A stretch of 38,205 nucleotides of DNA from Candidatus Woesearchaeota archaeon (GTDB lineage Archaea > Nanobdellota > Nanobdellia > UBA10117 > JABICX01): NCBI GenBank assembly GCA_964528765.1, contig CAZGVA010000002.1:1-38205 (forward strand), read 5' to 3'. How positions within the stretch are numbered: the stretch's first letter is position 1; each line of letters starts with the position of its first letter. The notes under the pieces were generated by a model. The model was not told the DNA's origin. It did not search any database and saw nothing but the letters and a program-made list of their open reading frames with translations. Position numbers and translations under genes: made by a program. Below, in pieces: positions 1 through 8,465 of this stretch.

Positions 1-660
1 TTTCGATTTAAGTGATTCAATTTGATCATAAGTGTCTTTGATCTTTTGACTTAAATCTTCGAGACCAATACTTTCTAAAAAAGATTCAGTATCAATTTTT
101 TCTCTTAAAGTTTTATTGCGCAAGGTTACGCAATTATTTCGAGCAATTTCAAATTTATTTAAACCCATTAATTCATCGATACGTTTTTTACGTTCTTTTG
201 GCGAAAGTTTCAAAATCATATCAGTGTCATTTTGCATAGCATAGACAGTTCTTAGAAATATTTCATCATCAATTCCCAATGTTTTTTTAACAAACTCATT
301 AATTTGAGTTGTTTGTGGGCCTGCAAGTAATTTATTATCTTTATCTCTTACTGAACCTTCGCTTGCATTTTTTTTGCCATCAATTTTTCTTTTTATTATT
401 AAAGAATTTCCTTGAGGAGGTGTTAATGATAAAGTTATTTCAGATACTTTTATTTCAGCATCTCTTGAAATAATATCTGACGATTTTAAATCGCGATGTT
501 TTAATTCAGAAAATGTTCCAAAAAGCGCAAAAGATATTGCTTGAAGAACGGATGATTTACCGGCACCCATTGAACCAATTAATACATTTGTACCGGGTTC
601 AAATTTCAAGGTGCTATCTCTGTGGCTTTTCCAATTTTTAAGTTGTATATTTGTTATCAT
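1..660 (-). CDS. rad50: Rad50 ATPase, N-terminal part (the gene runs off the left edge of the window)
   Basis: Not in the ORF track. Read by eye, the minus-strand frame is open from the ATG at 660-658 to position 1 (220 codons). The N-terminus MITNIQLKNWKSHRDSTLKFEPGTNVLIGSMGAGKSSVLQAI carries a Rad50/SMC-type Walker A. Its ATG overlaps the mre11 stop as ATGA. Confidence 0.8.
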   Translation of the reverse strand, partial: MITNIQLKNWKSHRDSTLKFEPGTNVLIGSMGAGKSSVLQAISFALFGTFSELKHRDLKSSDIISRDAEIKVSEITLSLTPPQGNSLIIKRKIDGKKNASEGSVRDKDNKLLAGPQTTQINEFVKKTLGIDDEIFLRTVYAMQNDTDMILKLSPKERKKRIDELMGLNKFEIARNNCVTLRNKTLREKIDTESFLESIGLEDLSQKIKDTYDQIESLKSK

Positions 661-1865
661 TGCAATTTACCTTCAACAAGTTCTTCGAATAATTCTATTA
701 CTTTTTTAGCTTCTTCAGGGGTTTTAACTTTCATATTTTCAAGTAAAAGTTTCATACCAATATCTTCAATTGAAACTTTTTTTTGTTTAAGATCATAAAG
801 AAGTTTAGCTCGTTCAGTTAGTTGCGCGCTTTGAACTTTTGTTTTATCAAAATAAATTAATGCTTTTTCTGAGAATTTTTTAGATAGTCTGCTGAAATTA
901 ATATCTGTTGGCAGAAATCCTTTAGATAAAGAACCTTTTAGTTTAAATCGTATTATTGGCGATAATGAACTTGTATGTATTTTTAAAATGCTTATAATTT
1001 TTTCTTGAACTTCGGTAATAATTTCTGAAGGTTTTTTGTTAGTTACGTCAAGATGTTCATAATTGAATTTTCTTACACAATTAATCTTTTCAAAAGAGAC
1101 ATTTAATTTATCTTCTTTTGTGTCAATTATGTAAAATCCTTTTTCTCGTTGCGCTTCAATTTTTTTTAATTGCGTTCTTACTGTTGAACCTGGGACTAAT
1201 ATAAGCGTATTTGTCAATGGATGTTTATCTTCAACACGCCAATGTATATGACCTAATAAAAATAAATTAAATCCTGACGGAAGATCCGAATAACTCATTA
1301 CATCTTGTTTTACATCAGGTATTAATTCTTTGAAGGTTTGATGAATCATGAGAAAATTAAGTACTTGTGGAAATGGTTTTGGTGACCACGATTTCATTGC
1401 TTGTGCGGCAAACTGATCAGGAACACCGGATAAACCATGTATTCCAATACGTTCATTATTTGCTTCAATAAGTGCGGATTCTGCGTGAAGATATGTTAAA
1501 AAACCTGCTTTTTGAAGTAGTTGTATTGGATTTACATTGTCAGGGTTTCGTTTTTCATGAGTTCCATATATAGTAATAATTGCAGGAATTTCTTGATTTA
1601 AACTTTCATCTTTGTCATTCGATTTTAAATTTATAACTTTGATTTTAGGCAGTTTTTTCAGCTGAGCAAATAGTTCAATTGACTGACTTATAATTTCAGG
1701 TTTAGGTATTTTATCATGAAATATATCCCCCGGCATAAGAATTAAATCTACTTTTTCAGATAATATTTTAGTGAATGCTTCTTGTGCATTTCTAAATGCA
1801 TCTTTTCCTCTTTCTGTCCCAAATTGAAACCCTAAATGTAAATCTGAAATAACAGCTATTCGCAT
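657..1865 (-). CDS. mre11: Mre11 DNA double-strand-break repair nuclease (calcineurin-like phosphoesterase)
   Basis: Phosphoesterase motifs are present in order: VISDLHLG, MPGDIFHD, IYGTHE, LLGHIHW. The gene lies directly upstream of rad50 and overlaps it. Confidence 0.85.
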   Translation of the reverse strand: MRIAVISDLHLGFQFGTERGKDAFRNAQEAFTKILSEKVDLILMPGDIFHDKIPKPEIISQSIELFAQLKKLPKIKVINLKSNDKDESLNQEIPAIITIYGTHEKRNPDNVNPIQLLQKAGFLTYLHAESALIEANNERIGIHGLSGVPDQFAAQAMKSWSPKPFPQVLNFLMIHQTFKELIPDVKQDVMSYSDLPSGFNLFLLGHIHWRVEDKHPLTNTLILVPGSTVRTQLKKIEAQREKGFYIIDTKEDKLNVSFEKINCVRKFNYEHLDVTNKKPSEIITEVQEKIISILKIHTSSLSPIIRFKLKGSLSKGFLPTDINFSRLSKKFSEKALIYFDKTKVQSAQLTERAKLLYDLKQKKVSIEDIGMKLLLENMKVKTPEEAKKVIELFEELVEGKLQ

Positions 1866-1962
1866 AAATTTATTTTGAAGTTGAGTTTTAAATTAATTAG
1901 TAGGTTGGACTGGTGAAATACCAGATAGATAACGTTTTTAAACGATACTTAACAGTAACACT

Positions 1963-2358
1963 ATGCATAAACTTGGATATACGCCATATGCTCCAAAAAT
2001 TGGTACAGAAGACCCACGCAGTGAGGGATTTCTTGTGGGTTTTGATTCAACGTATTCTACGCGTGTAGAAAAAATTATTAAAGATGGAAGTATGGAATTG
2101 CGTGCAGGAGTAATTGGCGAAAATAGAATTAGCGGATATGTTCATGAATTAGATGAATTAATGCTAGATGGGATAGCAAAACGAATTTTAGATGATAATA
2201 CTAAAGCAATGCTTAATAATTTACGAGTAAGGTTTACTCAACGTCTTGGCGAAGATCCTATGGCGCATCCTGTGGCAAGAGATAATTTTGGTGATGTTGC
2301 AAATTATTCTGAATTTAGAGAATCTAGTATAAAATCAGAAGCATTTATTCGTAAATGA
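1963..2358 (+). CDS. Hypothetical protein (131 aa)
   Basis: A long open frame in AT-rich DNA with non-repetitive composition. No motif recognised. Confidence 0.45.
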   Translation: MHKLGYTPYAPKIGTEDPRSEGFLVGFDSTYSTRVEKIIKDGSMELRAGVIGENRISGYVHELDELMLDGIAKRILDDNTKAMLNNLRVRFTQRLGEDPMAHPVARDNFGDVANYSEFRESSIKSEAFIRK

Positions 2359-2370
2359 ATTTAATAATTT

Positions 2371-2748
2371 CTACGTATTGAGATATTTCTTTGTTTTACG
2401 ATGTTTTAATCCAATATCTTTTACGAAGAAGTGGGGACTCAGAGTTGCAGAAGAATTTTGAGCTAAATCAACTAAGGTTTCGCCAAGTGAGCGCCACTCT
2501 TTTGTTTTTGAAGGTATTGGTAAATAAACTGTGCAGAATTCTCCAGTAGTATTTTTACAACCAATTATTTTTGGAGTAGTATAATGACCACCGCTTTTGT
2601 TACAAATAATTTGTGAATCCGTGATGTCGATTCCTTCATCAATTAGTTTTAAAAGTAATCCTGCAGCTTTTTCATTTCGCTGTTGCTTGTCTTTTGCAAG
2701 CTTATAAAAATTAGCACCTAACATTGACTTAGTTAACTGTATTTCCAT
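2371..2748 (-). CDS. Hypothetical protein (125 aa)
   Basis: An open frame convergent with 1963-2358. No motif recognised. Confidence 0.45.
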   Translation of the reverse strand: MEIQLTKSMLGANFYKLAKDKQQRNEKAAGLLLKLIDEGIDITDSQIICNKSGGHYTTPKIIGCKNTTGEFCTVYLPIPSKTKEWRSLGETLVDLAQNSSATLSPHFFVKDIGLKHRKTKKYLNT

Positions 2749-2930
2749 GTACTAAAACTCAAAAATGGTTTATAATGCTTTCGTATTAACTTTTTTCCAC
2801 AATTTGCCGGTCTAAAAACCGTTATAAACGATAATTTTTAGTAATAATTAGCTATGAAAACAGCAAATAATGAAGGTGGTTACCTTCCTAATCAACTGTG
2901 AGAATTCTAATGTAGCTAAAGCTTTTCAAG

Positions 2931-3152
2931 GTGATTTACCCCCATGTTCGTAAACTTATTCTTTTAGTGATAGCTAGAAATGTGGGAACTAGTCAGAAAG
3001 AAATAATTTTCAAAACAGGATTTTCAGAAAGATGCGTTCGAAATAATTTAAAATTTCTTGAGGAGCGTAACTTGATTTCATCTAGCCGTGATTTTCGCAA
3101 TCTTAACTTTAAGCAATATAAAATTAAGGAGGATTTTGGGGTTGTAGTGTAA
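2931..3152 (+). CDS. Small winged-helix (ArsR/MarR/TrmB-like) DNA-binding protein, putative
   Basis: GTG start. The stretch TSQKEIIFKTGFSERCVRNNLKFLEERNLISS looks like helix-turn-helix plus wing. The last 15 nt overlap the 5' end of tRNA-Pro, so the true C-terminus and the reality of the gene are uncertain. Confidence 0.35.
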   Translation: MIYPHVRKLILLVIARNVGTSQKEIIFKTGFSERCVRNNLKFLEERNLISSSRDFRNLNFKQYKIKEDFGVVV

Positions 3153-3210
3153 CTTGGTATCACTCAGCGTTTGGGACGCTGAAATCCAGATTCGAATTCT
3201 GGCAGCCCCA
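3138..3210 (+). tRNA. tRNA-Pro (anticodon UGG)
   Basis: Manual cloverleaf. The acceptor GGGGTTG/CAGCCCC pairs with one G-U. The anticodon arm is CAGCG-TTTGGGA-CGCTG, giving anticodon TGG. The T arm is CCAGA-TTCGAAT-TCTGG. Discriminator is A and no CCA is encoded. Confidence 0.85.
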
Positions 3211-3247
3211 TCAAAACAAATATAAACTTTAGGATGTGATATATAAT

Positions 3248-4660
3248 ATGAAGAACAAAAAAGAAAATTTTTCAGAATGGTATACTGAAGTAATTCAAGA
3301 AGCTGGATTAATGGATTATACAAAAGTATCTGGTTGTATTATTTTTAAACCATATGCTTATGCAATTTGGGAAAAAATGGTTGCAGAAGTTGATAAACGA
3401 TTTAAGAAAATGGGCATTAAAAATGCATATTTTCCACTTCTAATGCCAAAGAGTCTTTTGATGAAAGAAGTGGAACATTTCAAAGGTTTTGCACCAGAAG
3501 TTGCATGGGTTACAAAAACTGGAAATACGGAGTTAGAAGAACCTCTTGCAATTAGACCTACATCAGAAGTTATTATGTATGATTCTTATGCTAAATGGAT
3601 TAGAAGCCATAGAGATTTACCTTTGCGATTAAATCAATGGAATACTGTAATTAGATGGGAATTTAAACACCCAACACCATTTTTACGGACTAGAGAAATT
3701 CTTTGGAATGAAGGACATACAGCATTTGCTACGAAAAAAGAAGCTGAAGCAGAAGGAAAACAAATTATGAGTCTTTGGAAAGAGATTAATGAGGATTATT
3801 TAGCTTTACCTGGAATTGAAGGACGCAAAACCGACAAAGAAAAATTTCCTGGAGCAGAATATACTCTCACTTTTGAGTATATTATGCCAGATAAAAAAGC
3901 AATACAGGGAGCAGATTTTCATCATGATGGTCAAAATTTCTCAAAAATGTTTAAAATACAATTTTTAGATGAAAATGAAAAAAAGCAATATGTCTGGCAA
4001 AATACTTTTGCGATGACTACTCGACAGATTGGTATTATGATTGCAACACATGGTGATGATAAAGGATTAGTTTTACCACCAAAAATTGCCCCAATTCAAA
4101 TAATAATTATACCTATTTTTGATGCTAAAAGCAAGAAAAAAGTGTTATTAGTGTCAAGCAAAATTAAAGAGCAACTTACTGATTTTTCTGTTGAAATTGA
4201 CGATAGAGAGGGATATTCACCTGGATGGAAGTTCCATGATGCTGAACTAAAAGGTATTCCTCTACGTATTGAAATTGGACCCAGAGATATTGAGAAAAAA
4301 ATGGTAGTTATGGCACGGAGAGACACTGGCGTCAAGGTTGACGTCAAAATGAGCCAAATAAAGAAAGAATCTGCTCATTTACTAGCAGATATACAGCAAA
4401 ATCTTTACAAAAAAGCTAAGAAGTTTTTAGAGTACAGTATTAATGAGGCTAGCAATATGGCTGCTTTTGAAAAGATATTATCTATACAAAAAGGATTTAT
4501 TCGAGCAGGATGGTGCGGCTCGCAAAAATGCGAAGATAGTATTAAAGATAGGACTGGAGCAAAAATTACGAATTTACCCTATAATCTAAAAGCTACAGGT
4601 AATTGTATTTATTGCAGTAAATCTGCTAAATATGTGGCGCATTTTGCGAAAAGTTACTAA
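3248..4660 (+). CDS. proS: Prolyl-tRNA synthetase, archaeal/eukaryotic type
   Basis: Class II aaRS pattern (FPLLMP, RPTSE, RLNQWNTVIRWE, FLRTREILWNEGHT). A C-terminal Cys-rich domain (CGSQKCEDSI...GNCIYCSK) ends in the terminal Tyr typical of archaeal-type ProRS. ATG 3248 is preferred over the track's GTG at 3236. Confidence 0.9.
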   Translation: MKNKKENFSEWYTEVIQEAGLMDYTKVSGCIIFKPYAYAIWEKMVAEVDKRFKKMGIKNAYFPLLMPKSLLMKEVEHFKGFAPEVAWVTKTGNTELEEPLAIRPTSEVIMYDSYAKWIRSHRDLPLRLNQWNTVIRWEFKHPTPFLRTREILWNEGHTAFATKKEAEAEGKQIMSLWKEINEDYLALPGIEGRKTDKEKFPGAEYTLTFEYIMPDKKAIQGADFHHDGQNFSKMFKIQFLDENEKKQYVWQNTFAMTTRQIGIMIATHGDDKGLVLPPKIAPIQIIIIPIFDAKSKKKVLLVSSKIKEQLTDFSVEIDDREGYSPGWKFHDAELKGIPLRIEIGPRDIEKKMVVMARRDTGVKVDVKMSQIKKESAHLLADIQQNLYKKAKKFLEYSINEASNMAAFEKILSIQKGFIRAGWCGSQKCEDSIKDRTGAKITNLPYNLKATGNCIYCSKSAKYVAHFAKSY

Positions 4661-4718
4661 TCTTTCCAAACGTAAGCTTTTTAAGTCTGAATATATTCAT
4701 ATTTTATTCTTAGTAATT

Positions 4719-4724
4719 AAGGAG
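4719..4724 (+). promoter_or_regulatory. Shine-Dalgarno-like AAGGAG upstream of psmB
   Basis: The aaggag lies 9 nt upstream of ATG 4734. Confidence 0.35.
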
Positions 4725-4733
4725 ATATTAATT

Positions 4734-5366
4734 ATGGAAAAGCAATATAAAAAAGGTACAACTACGGTAGGTATAATTTGCAAAGACGGTGTTATTTTAG
4801 CTGCAGATCAATTAGCTAGTTTAGGTGATTTCCAATTCAATAAAGATGCTAAAAAAGTATTCAAAATAGCCAATAATCTTGCAATGACTACTGCAGGAAC
4901 TGTTGGTGACAATCAAGCAATTTTACGTTTAATTAAAGCTCAAATGCGATTATATGAGTTAGATATTGGACAACCAACGGTTAAATCAGCTGTAACTTTA
5001 CTTTCTAATATTCTATCTGACAAATATTTGTATAGTTATTTACCTTACGGTCTTTTTGATTTAATTGGCGGATACGATACAAAACCACGTCTATTTAGTA
5101 TAGATCCGGTAGGTGGTCTTGGTGATGAGAAAAAATTCGCAGCAACTGGATCAGGTATGGTCGTTGCATATGGTATTCTTGATGCAAATTATAAATCTGG
5201 TATAAATATGGTAGAAGGAGTAAAATTGAGTGTAAACGCCATTGTAGCAGCACGTAAGAGAGTTAGTTCTGTTGGTGGCGATAATATTACTGTTTTTAAG
5301 ATAAGTGCTAAAGGTGTAGAAGAAGTTTCTGCAGAAGATGTATTAAATATTGCTAAAGCATATTAA
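4734..5366 (+). CDS. psmB: Proteasome beta subunit
   Basis: A short propeptide, MEKQYKKG, precedes TTTVGIICKDGVILAAD with the catalytic N-terminal Thr. The Ntn-hydrolase pattern GSG is also present. ATG 4734 has an upstream AAGGAG, and the track's longer 4632 start overlaps proS. Confidence 0.9.
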   Translation: MEKQYKKGTTTVGIICKDGVILAADQLASLGDFQFNKDAKKVFKIANNLAMTTAGTVGDNQAILRLIKAQMRLYELDIGQPTVKSAVTLLSNILSDKYLYSYLPYGLFDLIGGYDTKPRLFSIDPVGGLGDEKKFAATGSGMVVAYGILDANYKSGINMVEGVKLSVNAIVAARKRVSSVGGDNITVFKISAKGVEEVSAEDVLNIAKAY

Positions 5367-5406
5367 TAATTAAATAATTAACTAATTAAGTTACGGAACG
5401 ATAATA

Positions 5407-7284
5407 ATGACTGTGATTGATAAAATTCTAGAGAAAGTACCTCGCGACGCAATGATAGTTAATACCGCATACGAAGGTGCTAACATAATCTTGTATACTA
5501 AAAATAAGCGATTTTTAATGCATGGTGGCGATATTGTACGAAGACTTGTTGAAGATTTTAAAAAGCGAATTGAATTAAGAGCAGATTCATCAGTTCGTAT
5601 GGATCCAGAAACTACGCTTGCGTTTGTAAATAAAAGTATGCCCAAAGATGCAGATATTACAAATGTAATTTTAGAACCTGCACGAAGTTTAATTATAATT
5701 GAATCAAAAAATCCCGGTAGAGCAATTGGTAAAGATGGTGAACATCTAAAAAATATTAAAGAAAAAACATATTGGACACCAATTGTACGTAGAGAATCTA
5801 CAATACCTTCCAAAATAACTCAAAATATTAGAAAAGTTTTATATGAAGATAATATTGAACGTAGAAAGTTTTTACACAAAGTTGGCGAGCGTATATATGA
5901 ACACAAAAAATCATCAGGAAAAGAAATGTGGGCGCGTATATCCTTGTTAGGTGGCGCACGCCAAGTTGGAAGAAGTTGTCTTTTACTTCAAACACCTGAA
6001 TCTAAAATTTTGTTAGATTGTGGTGTTAATGTAGCAGCAAGTGGAAGTGACTCATATCCAATTTTAACTGCACCCGAATTTGATATACAAGATATTGATG
6101 CAGTAATTATATCTCACGCGCATCTTGATCACGCGGGATTTTTACCTTATCTATTCAAGTATGGTTATAATGGTCCAGTTTATTGCACAGCTCCAACTAG
6201 AGATGTTATGGCATTACTTCAATTAGATTATATTAAAGTTTCACATGCACAAGCAAAAAATGCGATTTATTCTGCAGAAGATATTAAACAAGTTGTTAAA
6301 AATACAATTGTTTTAGATTATAATGAAGTTACGGATATAACGCCAGATATAAGAATTACTTTGTATAATGCAGGTCATATTTTAGGTTCATCTATGATTC
6401 ATTTACATATTGGTGAAGGTTGGCATAATGTTCTTTATACAGGCGATTTCAAAACTATTCCAACAAAATTACTTAATCCAGGACATTGGACATTCCCTCG
6501 TGTAGAAACATTAATTACGGAGAGTACATATGGTGCACCAGAAGATATTATGGAATCTCGTGAAAAAAGCGAGACAGAACTTATTAAGTTAGTTAGAGAA
6601 ACGATTAAGAAAAAAGGTAAAGTTTTAATTCCCGTTCTTGGAGTTGGTAGAGCTCAAGAAGTCATGGTTATTTTAGAATCAGTTTTTAGAAAAGAAAAAC
6701 TTAGTGCTCCGATTTATGTTGATGGAATGGTTTGGGATGTTACTGCAATACATAATGCATATCCAAGTTTCTTAAATAAAGAAATTGTACAACAGATTTT
6801 TTATAATAATCAAGATCCATTTAGTGCAGGTTTGTTTAAAGAAGTTGCAGGATATAAAGAAAGACAAGAAGTTATTAGTGGCGGACCTTGTGTTGTCTTA
6901 GCTACATCTGGAATGCTTGTAGGTGGACCGTCTGTTGAATACTTAAAGAAATTTTGTGAAAATAAAAAAAATCGTTTAATCTTTGTAGGTTATCAGGCAG
7001 AAGGATCTTTAGGAAATAAATTACAACGTGGTGCAACTAGTTTTATGGAGAACAATGAGCATTTTGAAATTAATTTAGATATACATACTCTTGCAGGTTT
7101 ATCAGGACATTCTGACAGAAAAGAATTGATAGATTATGTTCGTAAAATCGAGCCAAGACCTAGAAAAATTATGATTGTACATGGCGAAAACTCAAAGTGT
7201 TTAAATTTAGCTTCAACATATCATAAAGAATTTAAAGTTGAAACAACAGCTCCACGTAATTTAGATGCAGTTCGATTAAGATAA
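5407..7284 (+). CDS. aCPSF1-type beta-CASP RNase (KH domains plus metallo-beta-lactamase)
   Basis: An N-terminal KH-like region (GRAIGKDGEHLKNI) is followed by the MBL motif ISHAHLDHAG and a beta-CASP region with a C-terminal HGE. The 625-aa size is typical of archaeal CPSF1. Confidence 0.9.
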   Translation: MTVIDKILEKVPRDAMIVNTAYEGANIILYTKNKRFLMHGGDIVRRLVEDFKKRIELRADSSVRMDPETTLAFVNKSMPKDADITNVILEPARSLIIIESKNPGRAIGKDGEHLKNIKEKTYWTPIVRRESTIPSKITQNIRKVLYEDNIERRKFLHKVGERIYEHKKSSGKEMWARISLLGGARQVGRSCLLLQTPESKILLDCGVNVAASGSDSYPILTAPEFDIQDIDAVIISHAHLDHAGFLPYLFKYGYNGPVYCTAPTRDVMALLQLDYIKVSHAQAKNAIYSAEDIKQVVKNTIVLDYNEVTDITPDIRITLYNAGHILGSSMIHLHIGEGWHNVLYTGDFKTIPTKLLNPGHWTFPRVETLITESTYGAPEDIMESREKSETELIKLVRETIKKKGKVLIPVLGVGRAQEVMVILESVFRKEKLSAPIYVDGMVWDVTAIHNAYPSFLNKEIVQQIFYNNQDPFSAGLFKEVAGYKERQEVISGGPCVVLATSGMLVGGPSVEYLKKFCENKKNRLIFVGYQAEGSLGNKLQRGATSFMENNEHFEINLDIHTLAGLSGHSDRKELIDYVRKIEPRPRKIMIVHGENSKCLNLASTYHKEFKVETTAPRNLDAVRLR

Positions 7285-7290
7285 ATTAAA

Positions 7291-7310
7291 ATTATTTTTT
7301 AAATAAAAAA
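7291..7310. terminator. Possible bidirectional oligo-T terminator between convergent genes
   Basis: A T6 run (7295-7300) follows the aCPSF1 stop. An A6 run (7305-7310, T6 on the minus strand) follows the rps3ae stop. Archaeal termination commonly uses oligo-T tracts. Confidence 0.3.
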
Positions 7311-7886
7311 TTACATTCGTTTAATTTTCCAAGTTATAACACTAACTGGATAAATTGTTTTTAATTGAGTCTTTAAACTATTGGAAATAGTTTTTGGCGT
7401 TGTAATTGCAAATACATCTTTTAGTTCTCTATTTTTAATGTATGCTTCAATATAATTGCGTGCTATTTTTTGAAGCTCAGTTTGAACACTTCTTACAACT
7501 TTATTTTGTAGTAATATGTATGCTTTAATCCGAATATTTTCTTTGTCTTTTGTTACACCATCGACAATCGTAATTATTCGACTTTTTGATCGTCTTTCAA
7601 TTCTTTGAATCTGAGAATTCTGAACAAATATTTCTAGCGGTTCTGTTTGGCAAGTTTCTCCTTGAACTTTTACAATTCTTAATTTTATTTTGCTACTAGA
7701 ATCGCGCATTGAGCCAGAAATTTCTTTAACGGGAATACAAGTTGTTCTTCCAGGTAGTTCAGCAGGTTCATATGCAGTAACTTCGCCAATTTCTACAGAA
7801 TTTAAATACGTAGGTGTGACTACTCTGAACCATTTCTTTTTTCCTTTTCGTATTACCTGTTTTGATTTTACTTTCGTTTTAACCAT
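7311..7886 (-). CDS. rps3ae: 30S ribosomal protein S3Ae (eS1)
   Basis: The N-terminus, KGKKKWFRVVTPTYLNSVEIGEV, and the approx. 190-aa size are typical of S3Ae. Confidence 0.85.
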   Translation of the reverse strand: MVKTKVKSKQVIRKGKKKWFRVVTPTYLNSVEIGEVTAYEPAELPGRTTCIPVKEISGSMRDSSSKIKLRIVKVQGETCQTEPLEIFVQNSQIQRIERRSKSRIITIVDGVTKDKENIRIKAYILLQNKVVRSVQTELQKIARNYIEAYIKNRELKDVFAITTPKTISNSLKTQLKTIYPVSVITWKIKRM

Positions 7887-7887
7887 T

Positions 7888-8343
7888 TTATCCTACTAAT
7901 AATCTTGCTCTCTCCGGGTCGTATTTCCATTTTGTAGGCAATACTCCTTTTTGTTTGTAATATTTTTCAAGTCTCCTAATTTTTGATTCGATTAATTGTA
8001 AACCGCGTTTTGAAGTCATATCTTTTTTGTTTAGTTTCATATGTTTTCTAACACCAACTGCACGTTTTATAAGATTTTGAACATCTTCCGGAATTTCGGG
8101 AAGTAATTTCTTTTCTTTAAGAATTTTAGTTATACTTTTTTTTGTAATAACTTCAACATCGGGAACACCATAAGAATCACGTAAAATCATACCAATTTCA
8201 CTTGTTTGCTTACTTTGCTTAGCTAATTTAACAACAAGCGCTTCAACTTCATCTTTTTTGAGTTTCATCCAGCTAGGTGGTGTAGTTGATAACGGTTTTT
8301 TACTACCAGATTGACCTTTGTGATGTGTATGCATTCTTGACAT
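7888..8343 (-). CDS. rps15: 30S ribosomal protein S15 (uS15/S13e)
   Basis: [17 protein letters not shown]...PSW is the characteristic archaeal S15 N-terminus. Start set at ATG 8343 rather than the track's upstream non-ATG start. Confidence 0.85.
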   Translation of the reverse strand: MSRMHTHHKGQSGSKKPLSTTPPSWMKLKKDEVEALVVKLAKQSKQTSEIGMILRDSYGVPDVEVITKKSITKILKEKKLLPEIPEDVQNLIKRAVGVRKHMKLNKKDMTSKRGLQLIESKIRRLEKYYKQKGVLPTKWKYDPERARLLVG

Positions 8344-8465
8344 TTTATTTAATATAAGGTTAAAACTTAGTTCGGGTTTAACCAAGCCAAGACTGAGTTA
8401 ACCTATTCTTTTGCTAGTTTGGACGATTTATAAGCTTTTCTGCGAAGAAAAATTGGTTTATTTTT

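Noticed and set aside
3078-3323. 81-aa minus-strand ORF
   Set aside because: It runs antisense across the tRNA-Pro gene and the proS start, and its sequence is low-complexity. It is most likely a chance frame.
5391-5813. 140-aa minus-strand ORF, and similar antisense ORFs at 4096-4347, 7690-7899, 9611-10216, 10458-10834, 16951-17521, 22246-22443, 24176-24848, 26055-26447, 27135-27395, 29496-30078, 30471-30725, 31363-32539, 33328-33849, 36613-36831, 37171-37362 and 37526-37765
   Set aside because: Each lies within, and antisense or out of frame to, a longer ORF that has recognisable motifs or better coding character. They are treated as shadow ORFs.
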